A DNA stretch of 64,000 bases, taken from positions 12,148,546 through 12,212,545 of the forward strand of contig NC_052158.1 in the NCBI RefSeq assembly GCF_902713615.1, given 5' to 3'. This DNA comes from Scyliorhinus canicula. Lineage: Eukaryota. This document shows, one piece after another, positions 12,041 to 23,808 of the stretch; position 1 is the stretch's first letter; every line of letters begins with the position of its first letter. The position numbers and the translations under genes are program-made. The notes under the pieces are model-generated. The model was given only the letters and a program-made list of their open reading frames with translations, was not told where the DNA came from and made no database searches.

Positions 12041-12194
12041 TAAGAAGTCTTACAACACCAGGTTAAAGTCCAACAGGTTTGTTTCGAATCACTAGCTTTC
12101 GGAGTGCAGCTCCTTCATCAGGTGAATCACCTGGACTTTAACCTGGTGTTGTAAGACTTCTTACTTTGGCCACTCCAGTCCAACACGGCATCTC
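12041..12194. mobile_element. Penelope-like insertion with inverted terminal segment
   Basis: 12-bp TSD cttattaaatag 12029-12040 / 12195-12206; perfect 34-bp inverted repeat 12039-12072 vs 12132-12165. Confidence 0.8.
12087..12127 (-). ncRNA. Minimal type I hammerhead ribozyme (HH2)
   Basis: Minus strand: ucac CUGAUGA a ggag-cugca-cucc GAAA gc U A / guga. Confidence 0.75.
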
Positions 12195-12369
12195 CTTATT
12201 AAATAGCAATGCAGGCTCTAAAGGTTGAATGGCCTACTCCTGTTCCTATTTCTTACAGTCTTATGGTATTTAGTAAAAACATTATTAATTCTAAAACGCC
12301 TTAATGGCTCCAGCAGTAAATCAGAATGCTTTAGATGCTCCTTCTGAATGCCAGAGCCGAGTGAGCGAT

Positions 12370-12870
12370 GATTGATAGATTACCCAGAATACCCTGCGAG
12401 GCAGAACGCCCCCATCTCTGATCACGGGAGAGCAGTGCGCTTGCGCGGGGAGGCTGGGCAGTGCGCTGGCATGCGCAGTGCGGCTGGTGGAGACGGACTG
12501 TGGTGAAAAAGGTGCCCGGTAGGAGATTGTCTCCAGAGAGTGGGAGTTCGAGGTCCTGGGTGGGCAGGGAAGCTTCAGAAGCACTGGGGTAGAGGCCTAT
12601 AAGAGCACACGGGCCCGTATTTACCCCAGAGTGACAGGTCCAGGGGAGCGTGCTGACTCGCAGTCATCTCGAGTGAGAGTCGGTGGGAATGTGGGAAGCG
12701 GGCCTTCCGCTCAGGGTTGCCCAGGCAACTGGCCGCCATCTTGGCAGAGGAAGGAGGGGCTTGTTGCACTGCCACCTTTAAGACACAACAAAGGAAGGGT
12801 GGGGATTCAGGTTTCCAGTGACCAGGAGGAAAAATCATTGACTGATTGTATTCCCAGTATGCACTGGATA
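12370..12870 (+). promoter_or_regulatory. CpG-rich promoter and probable non-coding first exon of the zinc-finger gene
   Basis: NRF1-like TGCGCTTGCGC and GCATGCGCA (about 12435-12480), YY1 GGCCGCCATCTTG 12731-12743, ZNF143/Staf-like TACCCAGAATACCCTGCG 12381-12398 and TTCCCAGTATGCACTG 12851-12866; candidate donor CCG|GTAGGA at 12519 and acceptor ttttacag at 13047. Confidence 0.6.
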
Positions 12871-13356
12871 AGTGAACTCGACCAGAGAGGGGAGGGGGTA
12901 TCTGGGACTGAGAAAAATGGTGTGATGGGTATGGCTTTCAGCACAAGGCAGCTTTGGGGGAGCAAGATGTAAAAATCGCGGATTTTTTTTTGTTTTGAGT
13001 TCCTATCCTGAATTTACAGTGAAAACCTTTGTCAATTTCTTTTACAGGATATTAGAAGGTGAGGGATTTGCAGTGGAAACTCAAACTAAAAATCAAGTCA
13101 TGATCTGATGAATTCACTCTCTTCACTAGAACCTGAATATCATTGCCTTTGAAGGTGAAAGGAGAAATGTTTGTCTGTTCAAGCTGCCTGAAAGTATTTC
13201 ACACATCAGTCTGACTGGAAAAGGACCGACAGTGTCCAGTGAACTGACAGTTGGAAAGAGCTTTTTCCAGTCACACAGCCTGAGAAAACATTGCACCATT
13301 CACAGTGGGGAGAAAGCGTAATGCATTCTGCTTCAATTAATCTGGACACTCGTACC

Positions 13357-14205
13357 ATGGAGAAACCATGGAAATGTGGAGACTGTGGCAAGGGATTCAG
13401 TTACCCTTCCCTGCTGGAAAACCATTATCGCATTCACACTGGGGAGAGACCGTTCACCTGCTCCATGTGTGGAAAAGGATTCACTCAGTCCTCCAATCTC
13501 CTGACACACCAGCGAGCTCACACTGAAGTTAAGCCTTTCACCTGCTCCATGTGTGGAAAGGAATTTACTCAGTCATCCAACCTCCGGACTCACAAGCGGG
13601 TTCACAGTGGGGATAGGCCGTTCAACTGCTCCATGTGTGGGAAGGGATTCAATCATCCGTCCAACCTGCTGAAACACCAGCGCATTCACACAGGAGAGAG
13701 GCCGTTCACCTGCTCCGTTTGTGGGAAAGGATTCACTCAATCATCAACTCTCCTGATACACCAGCGAGTTCACACTGAGGAAAAGCCATTCACCTGCTCC
13801 GTATGTGAGAAAGGATTCAATCATCCATCCAACCTGCTGAAGCACCAGCGAGTTCACACAGGGGAGAGGCCATTCACCTGTTCTGTGTGCGGGAGAGGAT
13901 TCACCCAATCATCTACTCTTGTGATACATCAGCGAGCTCACACAGAGGAGAGGCCATTCATCTGCTCCATGTGTGGGAAGGGATTCATGAGTTCATCCAA
14001 ACTCCTTACACACCAGCGAGTTCACAGCGGGGAAAGGCCCTTCACCTGCTCCGTGTGTGGAAAAGGATTCATGAGTTCATCTATCCTCCTGATACACCAG
14101 CGAATTCACACTGGGGAGAGGCCATTCACCTGCTCTGTGTGTGGGAAGGGATTCACTCAGTCGTCCAACCTGCTGAGCCACCGAAGACTTCACCAGCGAC
14201 TGTAG
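13357..14205 (+). CDS. C2H2 (Kruppel-type) zinc-finger protein, 10 tandem fingers, no KRAB/SCAN domain visible
   Basis: Ten CxxC-x12-HxxxH fingers with TGERP-type linkers. ATG at 13357 (accATGg, strong Kozak) gives 282 aa; an in-frame upstream ATG at 13321 is possible. Confidence 0.9.
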   Translation: MEKPWKCGDCGKGFSYPSLLENHYRIHTGERPFTCSMCGKGFTQSSNLLTHQRAHTEVKPFTCSMCGKEFTQSSNLRTHKRVHSGDRPFNCSMCGKGFNHPSNLLKHQRIHTGERPFTCSVCGKGFTQSSTLLIHQRVHTEEKPFTCSVCEKGFNHPSNLLKHQRVHTGERPFTCSVCGRGFTQSSTLVIHQRAHTEERPFICSMCGKGFMSSSKLLTHQRVHSGERPFTCSVCGKGFMSSSILLIHQRIHTGERPFTCSVCGKGFTQSSNLLSHRRLHQRL

Positions 14206-14479
14206 GGGTCCAATGTTAATGATGTCCAGACTGAACAACGTTCATTCTGACCGACTGGGATTTTTTTCTGCTGATGTTAATAAGACATCCAACATACGTG
14301 TTATTTAATATTCTGGATCACCATCCCTCTTGACTCATCTGCTATTGCTACATTGTCAGACTGCTTATCTGACACCCAGTATTAGATGTGCAGAAATCTT
14401 TTGCAATGACAGTTTGGCAAAGCCAAAGCCATTGTTTTGGCACCTTCTCCCAACTCCATTCTTCTTGCTGTGGCAGTCT

Positions 14480-16440
14480 AGGATTAAGCCAACCTGTTTC
14501 CAACCTCAGTGTCACATTTCATGTCTTGAGTTCTGACCTTGTATCCATGCCATCACCAAGGATGCTGTAATATTGCTCGGTCTTCTCGTCTTTTTCCATT
14601 CATCTCTTGCTAAAACCTACATTCTTACCTTTTGTTAGGCTAGACTCAACTATTCAAGTGGATTCCTGGCTGGTCTCTTACATTCTACCCTCTGTGAACT
14701 TGGGGTCATCCAAAACATGGCTTCCTATGTCTTAACTCATAGAATCCCTCAGTGCACATCTCGCCATTTGGCCCATTGAGTCTGCACCAACCCTCTGAAA
14801 GAGTACCCCACTTAGGCCCACATCCTCATCCTATCCCTGTAACCCCTCCTAACCTGCACATCTTTTGACACTAAGGGTCAATTTAACATGCCAAATCCAC
14901 CTAACTGTGACTGGGGGAGGAAACTGGAGCACCCAGGGGAAACACACGCAGACACGGGGGGAACGTGCACACTCTACATGAGTAATCACCCCAGGCCAAT
15001 TGAACCCAGGTCCCTGGTGCTGTGAGGCAGCAGTGCTAACCACTGTGCCATCCCTCACAGCAAGTCCTGCTTCCCCCATCACTCCTGTGCCTACTGACCT
15101 AAACTGACTCACAGTCAAACACCACCTTGGCTTTAAAATTCTCATCCTTGTTTTCAGATCAATCCATGGCCTCACCCATCTCTATTTCTGTAATATTCTC
15201 CAGCCACACAACTCTGTCAAATAATTGTGCTGCCCTAATTCTGGTCTCTTGTGCATTCCCAATTATAATTGTGCCATCATTGGTGACCATACCTTTAGCT
15301 GCCAACGCCCCCACTACCTCTCTTGACTCCTTCACTATTGCTGAAATGATTGCTTCCCTGACGTTCAGTATCAAGTTATTAGAAATTGTGGGAATACTGA
15401 AGCTATTGATTTTTTTTTTCTTGCTCCAAATCCTGTTCCCTAGCTACCAACTACATGTTTCTCTGGCAATAGTCCATTTCCAACCTCAGTGTCATATGTG
15501 ACCCCAAGATGAGCTTCCGACTGCATATTTGTGTCATCACTAAGACCAGCTATTTTTAGTTCTGTATGTTTCAGATTATGACCAAGTCACCACATCTTTG
15601 TTTTGGATTGTGGGGGTGAAACCCACACAGACATGAGGAGAATGGGCAATCTCTACACGGATAGTGACCCAGGGCCAGATCGAACCTGGGTTCTCGGCCC
15701 TGTGAGGCAGCATAGCTAACCACTGTGTCATCTGCTTCCCTCGTCTTAAGTCTGAGTAAATACTGTTCCCCGTCACCTTGTGCTCGCTGGCCTGCACAGG
15801 CTCCTGGTCAAGTAATATCTTAGTTTTAAAATTCTCATCCTTATTTTCAAATCCCTCCATGGTCTTGCCCCTCCCTATTTTTGTAATTTCCTCCAGCCCG
15901 ACAACTCTTCGAAATATCTGTGTTCCTTTAATTCTGACCTCTTGTGTATTCTGAATTGTAACCTGCTGCGTATTACGAATCATAATTGCTGCATTATTGG
16001 TGGCTGTGCCTTCAGCTGCCCGGGCCCCAAGCTTTGGATTTCTCTCCTCCTTTAGGACACCACTTAACGTCAACATCTTTTTTTTTAAAATATAAATTTA
16101 GAGTACCCATTTTTTTTCAATTAAGGGGCAATTTAGCTTGACCAATTCTCCTACCTTGCACATCTTTTGGGTTGTGGGGACAAAACCCACGCAGACACAG
16201 GGAGAATGTGCAAACTTCACACGGAAAGTGACCCAGAGCCAGGAACGAACCTAGAACCTCCGTGCCATGAGGCACCAGTGCTAACCACTGCGCCACCATG
16301 CTGCCCTAAAGTCAACGTCTTTGACCAATCTTTTGGTCATCTGATCTAATATCTTCTTATGTGGTTTAGTTAGTATGCATCATTTTATAATGCTGCTGTG
16401 CAGCATTTTAGGACATTTTGGTACGTTAGAGGTGCTGGTA
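14480..16440 (+). mobile_element. Two tandem decayed L2-like LINE 3' fragments with nested SINEs (14740-15053, 15590-15735, 16080-16306)
   Basis: RLDY.N..LAGL-like coding remnant near 14640; repeated block ttttaaaattctcatcctt...ccatgg...ctccagcc at about 15130 and 15822. Confidence 0.6.
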
Positions 16441-16924
16441 AACGTAAGTTGGTGTTTTTGAGGGCCTGTCACTCAGTATGAGGGAGGTGCATTTTCCGGC
16501 TGTGGGTGCGTTTTAAGTGAATTAGTGGAAGCAGATGTCACTCAGAATGAAGGAGGCAGGATTACATGGCCAGAGTGTCTGTTACTTAATGAGGGAGGTG
16601 GGCCTGTGTCTGTTTGGAGAAAGGCAGCATTTGCTCCCAACACTGCATGCGCAGTCCTGGTGTTGCGTCATTGCGAGCGATAGTCTACAAGTCAGCGTCT
16701 GTTTAGTACATACTGATGAAGAAATTATTTTAATGCACGACTCCTTGCATGTCTTGTTTACTTTCGCAATGTTCATTCTCATTTTGTGGGTAACCTCACA
16801 ATTATAAACACAAAGGTCCAAATCATCATCATAAAATGTCTGACCATTTTATTTATCAGATAATTGATGTGATAATACCGCTATCAATTGTTGCCCCAAT
16901 AGGATGAAGGGAGAAAAATTACAA

Positions 16925-17850
16925 GGCATGATCAGTGAGTTTGCAGATGACACTAAAATAGATGGTATTGTAGACAGTGACGAAGGTTATCAAAAATTGC
17001 AGCAGGATCTTGGATCAGCTGGGGAAATGGGCCGAGAAATGGCAAATGGAGTTCAATACAGATAAGTGTGAGGTGTTGCATTTTGGAAAGTCAAATCAAG
17101 GTAGGACTTTCACGGTGAATGGTAGAACCTCAGGGAGTATCGTGGAATAAAGGGCCATTGGAGTTCACGGTTCTCTAAAGGTGGAGTGACAGGAAGCTAG
17201 GGCAGTGATGGCGATTTGTGACATGCTGGCCTTCATCAGTCAAGCCATTAAGTATAGAAGTTGAAAAGTTATGTTGCAGTTGTACAGGACGTTGATGAGG
17301 CTGCACCTGGAGTACTGTGTTCAGTTTTGGTCGCCTTGCTATAGGAAAGATGTTATTAAACTGGACAAGTGCAGAAGAGATTTACAAGGATGTTGCCAGG
17401 ATTCAAGGGACTGAGGTACCGGGAGAGATTGGACAGGCTAAGTCTTTTTTCTTTGGAGCATAGGAGACTGAGGGGAGATCTTATCGAAGTGTAGAAGATC
17501 ATGAGGGGCATGGATAGGGTGAACGCACTCAGTCTTTTTCCCAGAGTTGGGGAATCGAAAATTAGAGGGCATAGGTTAACGTTAAGAGGGGAAAGAATTA
17601 ATGGGAACCTGAGGAGCTATTTTTTTCTTTAAACACAGAGGGTGGTACGTATGTCGAATGAGCTGCTGGAGGAAATGGTTGAGGCACGGACATTTGGCAA
17701 CATTTCAAAGGCATTTGGACAGATACTTTAATAGGAAAGGTTTAAAGGGATATGGGCCAAATGCAGGCAAATGGGGTTAGCTCAGATGGGCTTTTTGGTT
17801 GGTATGGACCAGGTTGGGCTGAAGGGCCTGTCTCCATGCTGTAGATTCTA
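16925..17850 (+). mobile_element. CR1 LINE, 5'-truncated
   Basis: FADDTK, WAEKWQMEFN.DKCEVLHFG, LEYCVQFW, RLRGDLIEV and a CR1 3' tail. Confidence 0.85.
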
Positions 17851-18262
17851 TGTTACAATGTCACATTATTAATAATATCACCTCCGTGATGGCATTGGTA
17901 GCAGAACGAGAATCATAGTAGGTCCTGCTCGCCCCCAACTCTAGTTCTCAGCAAAGAAAAATAGATTTGCTCCTGTAATATTATCTGTGCATGGCCCCAT
18001 TACTTTTTCCACATGTGACACACTGAAACCTTCAAAAAACCAAATCGAAAGCTGATTATTCTGACTAAAAGCTTAAATGGAAAGTCACTGTTGGTGTGCG
18101 GATCTTTTACACAGAAAACGCTCCTTATAGAATTTACAGTGCAGAAGGAGGCCATTCAGCCCATCGAGTCTGCACCGGCCCTTGGAAAGAGCACCCTACT
18201 TAAGCCCCACCCCTTCACTCGATCTCCCTTTATCCCCGTAACTCAGTAACCTCACCTAACCT

Positions 18263-21200
18263 TTTTTTTTAAATAATTTTTATTCAAATTTTTCAACAAC
18301 AAATTTTCTCCCAACAATAAAGTAAACAAAGTGTAGAAATAAACAGAAAGAGAAATCCCTCCCCAATACAAAGCAATAAATTAATAACTTAATAACAATA
18401 CAAAAAAGAAGAAAATAGCAAACACACCATCGCAAAAACAAACCCCCTTAACAGACCCCGAAACCAACCCCCCCTCTTCTTCCCCCCCCCCCCCCACCCG
18501 CCCGGGCTGCTGCTGAGATTGACCACCCTCTAAACCTCCACCAGAAAATCGAGAAAGGGCTGCCACCGCCGGACGAATCTTTGTACCGACCCCCTCAGGG
18601 CAAACTTAACCTTCTCCAGCCTGATGAACCCGGCCATGTCATTAATCCTGGGCTCGGGGGCTTCGCATCCCTCCACTGTAAGAGAATCCTACGCCGGGCT
18701 ACTAGAGACGCAAAGGCCAGGGTACCGGCCTCTCTCGCCTCCTGCACTCCCGGCTCCGATGCCACCCCAAAGATCGCGAGCCTCCAGCCTGGCTCCACCC
18801 TGGAACCGACCACCCTGGACAAAGTCCCCGCCACCCCCTTCCAAAACCTCTCCAACGCCGGACATGCCCAGAACATGTGGGTGTGGCTCGCCAGGCCTCC
18901 CGAACACCTCCCACACCTGTCCTCTCCCCCAAAGAACCGGCTCATCCTGGCCCCAGTCATGTGCGCCCTTCGCAGCACCTTCAGCTGAATCAAGCTGAGC
19001 CGTGCGCAAGAAGAGGACGAGTTCACCCTCCCCAGGTCGTCCGCCCACGTCCCATCGTCGACCTCCTCCCCTAACTCCTCCTCCCACTTCGCTTTCAGCT
19101 CTTCCACCGAGGCCTCCTCCTGCATCACCTGATAAATTGCCGAGATCCTACCCTCACCGACCCACGTCCCCGAGAGCACCCTGTCCTGCACCCCACTAGG
19201 CGGCAGTAGCGGAAACTCCACCTGCCGCTTGACAAATGGCCTAATCTGCATATACCTGAAAGCATTCCCAGGGGCGAGGCCCCACTTCTCCTCCAACTCC
19301 TCTAAAGTCGCAAACTTCCCATCGAGGAAAGGTCCCCCATCCGCTTGATGCCTGCCCTATGCCACCTCAAAAATCCACCATCTATTCTCCCTGGTGCAAA
19401 CCGGTGATTGCCCCGTATCGGGGCCCACACTGAGGCGTTCACTTCCCCCCCAAAGCCGCCTTCACTTCCCCCCCCCAAGCCGCCTCCACTGCCCCCAAAG
19501 TTTGAGGGACACCACCACTACTGGACTCGTAGAGTACCTTGGAGTGGGAGCAGGGCCATCACCAATGCCTCCAAACTCGTACCCACACAGGACGCCACCT
19601 CCAACCTCTTCCATGCGGCACCCTCCCCTTCCATCACCCACCTACGAATCATTGCCACGTTCGCAGCCCAGTAATACCCACACAAGTTGGGCAACGCCAA
19701 GCCGCCTACCTCCCTTCCTCGCTCCAGGAATACCCTCCTCATTCTCGGGGTCTTCCGCGCCCACACGAAACCCAGAATACTCTTATTAACCCTCTTTAAA
19801 AAAGCCTTCGGAATAAATATGGAGAGACACTGGAAAAGAAACAAAAACCTCGGGAGCACCGTCATCTTAACTGACTGGACCCTACCCGCCAAAGAGAGTG
19901 GCAGCACATTCTACCTCCTGAACGCCTCCTCCATCTGTTCCACCAGCCTCGAAAAGTTTAGCCTATGCAGGGCCCCCCAGCTCCTAGCTATCTGGACCCC
20001 AAGATAACTAAAGCTCCTCTCCGCCCTCTTCAACGGGAGCTCTCCTATCCCCCTCTCCTGGTCCCCCAGGTGCAGCATAAACAGCTCACTCTTCCCCACG
20101 TTGCATCTATAGTCCGAAAAATCCCCGAACTCCCCGTATCTTCAACACCTCTGGCATCCCCCCCGCCGGATCCGCGACGTACAACAGTAAATCATCTGCG
20201 TACAGCAACAACCGGTGCTCCTCTGCCCCCCCCCCCGCACAATCCCCCTCCAGTTCTTCGAATCCCTCAGCGCCATGGCCAAGGGCTCAATCGCTAACGC
20301 GAAGAGCAGGGGAGACAAGGGGCACCCCTGCCTCGTCCCCCGGGAAAGCCGAAAGTCCTCCGACCTCTTCCCATTCGTCACCACACTCGCAACCGGGGAA
20401 CTATACAGCAGCCTCACCCAGCTAATGAATCCCTCGCCAAACCCAAATCTCCTCAGCACTTCCCACAGGTAGCTCCACTCCACCCTGTCAAATGCTTTCT
20501 CCACGTCCATCGATGCTACTATTTCCGCTTCCCCATCCGCCGACACCATCATCATAACATTAAGAAGCCGCCGCACATTGACATTCAGCTGCCTCCCCTT
20601 CACAAACCCCGTTTGGTCCTCATGGATAACCATCGGGACCACATCTTCCACCCTCCTGGACAGTATCTTAGCCAACAACTTTTTGTTCACGTTGAGGAGC
20701 GAAATCGGCCTGTAAGACCCACACTGGAGGGGGACCTTATCCCGCTTCAGGATTAGTGAGGTTATTGCTCTAGACATCGTCGGGGGCAGAGCCCCCTCCC
20801 TCGCCTCATTCAGGGTCCTCACAAGCAGTGGGCCCAGCAGAGCCGAAAACTTCTTATAAAACTCCACCGGGAACCCGTCAGGTCCCGGTGCTTTCCCTGT
20901 CTGCATGCTCCCCAGCGCCTCCATCAGCTCCTCCAACTCAATTGGGGCCCCCAGACCCTCCAGCCGCCCTTCCTCCACTCTTGGGAACTCCAGCTTATCC
21001 AGAAAGGGGTCCATCCCGCCCACCTCCCTAGGGGGCACTGCCCGGTACAGCCCCTCGTAAAAGGATCTGAACACCCCATTAATGTCCCTGCCACTCCGCA
21101 CCAAGTTCCCTCCTGCATCTGTGACTACCCTATCTCTCGCTGCCTCCCGATTCCGGAGCTGGTGGGCCAGCATCCGACTTGCCTTCTTCCTGTACTCGTA

Positions 21201-23808
21201 TACCGCCCCCTGCGCCCTCCTCCACTGCGCCTCCGCCTTCCGGGTGGTCAGTATATCGAACTCCGCTTGGAGACTGCGACGCTTCCTCAAAAGCCCCTCC
21301 TCCGGGACCTCCTGTCCACCCTTACCATTTCTTCCACCAACCTCTCCCTCTCCCTGTGCGCCCGAATGGATATCAGCTCCCCTGTAACCACCGCCTTCAG
21401 CGCTTCCCAAACCACCATAACTTGCACCTCCCCGTTATCATTGGCTTCCAAATACCCCTACGGACCCGCCCACATACTTCCTCCTCTGCCAGAAGCCCCA
21501 CACCTAACCTCCCCCAGCTCCAGGTCCACCGAATGCGGAGCATGGTCAGATATGACTATTGACGAATACTCCGCCCCCACCACTCGCGGGATTAGCTGAG
21601 AACAAAAAAGTCAATCCGGGAATAAGCCTTCTGGACATGGGAGAAAAAGGAAAACTCTCTACCTCCCGGCCTCAAAAACCTCCAAGGGTCTACCCCTCCC
21701 ATTTGACCCATGAACCCCCTCAGCACCGAGGCCGCCGCCGGCCTCTTGCCCGTCCTAGAGTTCGAACGATCCAGAGCTGGATCCAACATAGTATTAAAGT
21801 CCCCTCCCAAGATCAAGCCCCCTGTCTCCAGGTCCAGGATCCGGCTCAACATTCGCCGCATGAAGTCCGCATCGTCCCAGTTGGGAGCGTGCACATTAAC
21901 CAGAACCACCCGCTCCCCTTGAAGTCTACCACTCACCATTACGTACGTACCTGCACTGTCCGCCACCACACTCGACGCAGCAAACGACAAGCTCTTGCCA
22001 ACTAAGATCGCCACCCCTCGATTCTTCGCATCTACGCCAGAGTGAAAAACCTGCCCCACCCAGCCTCTTCTCAGCCCTCACCTGATCCGCCACCTTAAGG
22101 TGCGTCTCCTGGAGCATAGCCACGTCCGCTCCCAGCCTCTTCAGGTGCGTCAAGACCCGGGACCGCTTCACCGGTCCATTCAGCTCCCTCATGTTCCATG
22201 TGACCAGCCAAATCTGGCGAGTCTCCCCTCTCCCTCTGCGCCAGTCAGCCATAGCTCTCCCTCGGCTCACCACGTGCCCGCAGAACCCCCCAGGCCTGTT
22301 CCCCACAGTGGCAGACCCCCCCCCCCCCTCACCAGTACTTCCCGTACGGCCCCTGCAGCAGCAACCCGGTACCCCCCCATACTTTCCCCCCCCCTCCCAC
22401 GCCACCCCCAAGCTATGGCCCCCCCTAGCTGCGTAACCCCTTCCATTGTACTTCTGTAAGTCAGCTGACTCCTCCTGACCCCGGCTGCTCCCGCCATCCC
22501 AACGCCCCCCCCCCCCCCCCGATGCAACACAACCACCACTCCCTCTCCCCCCCCCCCCCCCCCTTCTCCAGTGCCGGACCCACCCACTACTCCTCCAGCG
22601 CGGGAAGAAAACCCGCGCTTCCATCCCAAACCCCGCCCCCCGACCCAACACGCGGGAAAAAGACGGGCACATGACCCAGCGGGACCGCGAACAGCTCCCC
22701 AACCCTCCACCAGTGAAAAAACGAAAAAGCACCCAAATAAATAAATAACAGCCCCAAAAAGTGAAAAAGCAGAACAGCAAAAAGGTAACATCAAACACAG
22801 CCAATAAAACAAAAGGATACCAAGGAGAACAGAGTCTCCGGACTATGTACATCATTCCCCAGTCCTCAGTTCGAGTCCAACTTCTCTGCCTGGACAAAGG
22901 CCCAGGCCTCTGGAGAATCAAAGTAGAGCTGGCGGTCCTTGTAAGTGACCCAGAGGCGAGCCGGCTGTAGCAGGTCGAACTTCACCCCCTTCCTGTGAAG
23001 CACTCCCTTCGCCCGATTGAAACCAGCCCTTCTCTTCGCCACCTCCGCGCTCCAGTCCTGATAGATCCTGATCTCTACATTCTCCCACTTGCTGCTTCTT
23101 TCCTTCTTCGCCCATCTCAGCACGCATTCACGGTTAACGAAGCGGTGAAAACGGACCAGCACCGCCCGAGGCGGTTCGTTCGGCCTGGGCTTCCTCAACA
23201 GCACTCGATAGGCCCCCTCCAGCTCCAATGGTCCTTGGAACGACCCCGCGCCCATTAACGAGTTCAGCATCACAACCACATAGGCCCCCAAATCCGAACA
23301 TTCCAGCCCCTCCGGGAGGCCCAGAATCCGCAGGTTCTTCCAACGGGAGTGGTTCTCCATCTCCTCCATCCTTGCCAGCCATTTCTTGTGAAGTGCCTCA
23401 TGCGACTCCACCTTCACTGCCAGGCCCAGGAGTTCGTCCTCGCTCTCCGAGGCCTTTTGCCGTAGCTCTCGGGTGTCCGCGCCCTGAGCCGTCTGAGTCG
23501 CCATGAGCTTGTCCAGCGAGGCCTTAAACGGTTCCAGGATCTCAGCCTTCAGCTCTCTGAAGCAGCGATGGAGCTGCTCCTACACCCACTGCTGCCGCGC
23601 TGCCGGTTCCCCGCCCGCCGCCATCTTGTTTTTCCTGCCTCGCACCTTTTTCTGCTCCAAAGCCGATTTTTTGACCACTCCGCTTCTGGTCCAGTCCATC
23701 CACCGGCAGATAAGCACGGTGGATGTGTTCCCACCCGGGGAAAAGTACAACCAGCACCGCTGCGGGCCCTTAAAAGAGCCCAAAAGACCAAAAATAGCAG
23801 AAGCTACC
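18263..23808 (-). mobile_element. Near full-length L1-clade LINE, inactivated
   Basis: ORF1 23624->22866 (one premature TAG; NLRILGLPE, PRAVLVRF, IYQDWS); ORF2 pieces with APE endonuclease (TWN..LN, LQETH, GGDFN, SRIDFF), RT (KAPGPDGF, YRPISLLN, RQGCPLSP, YADD) and CCHC tail; frameshifts; AATAAA and A-tail at about 18263-18283. Confidence 0.92.
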
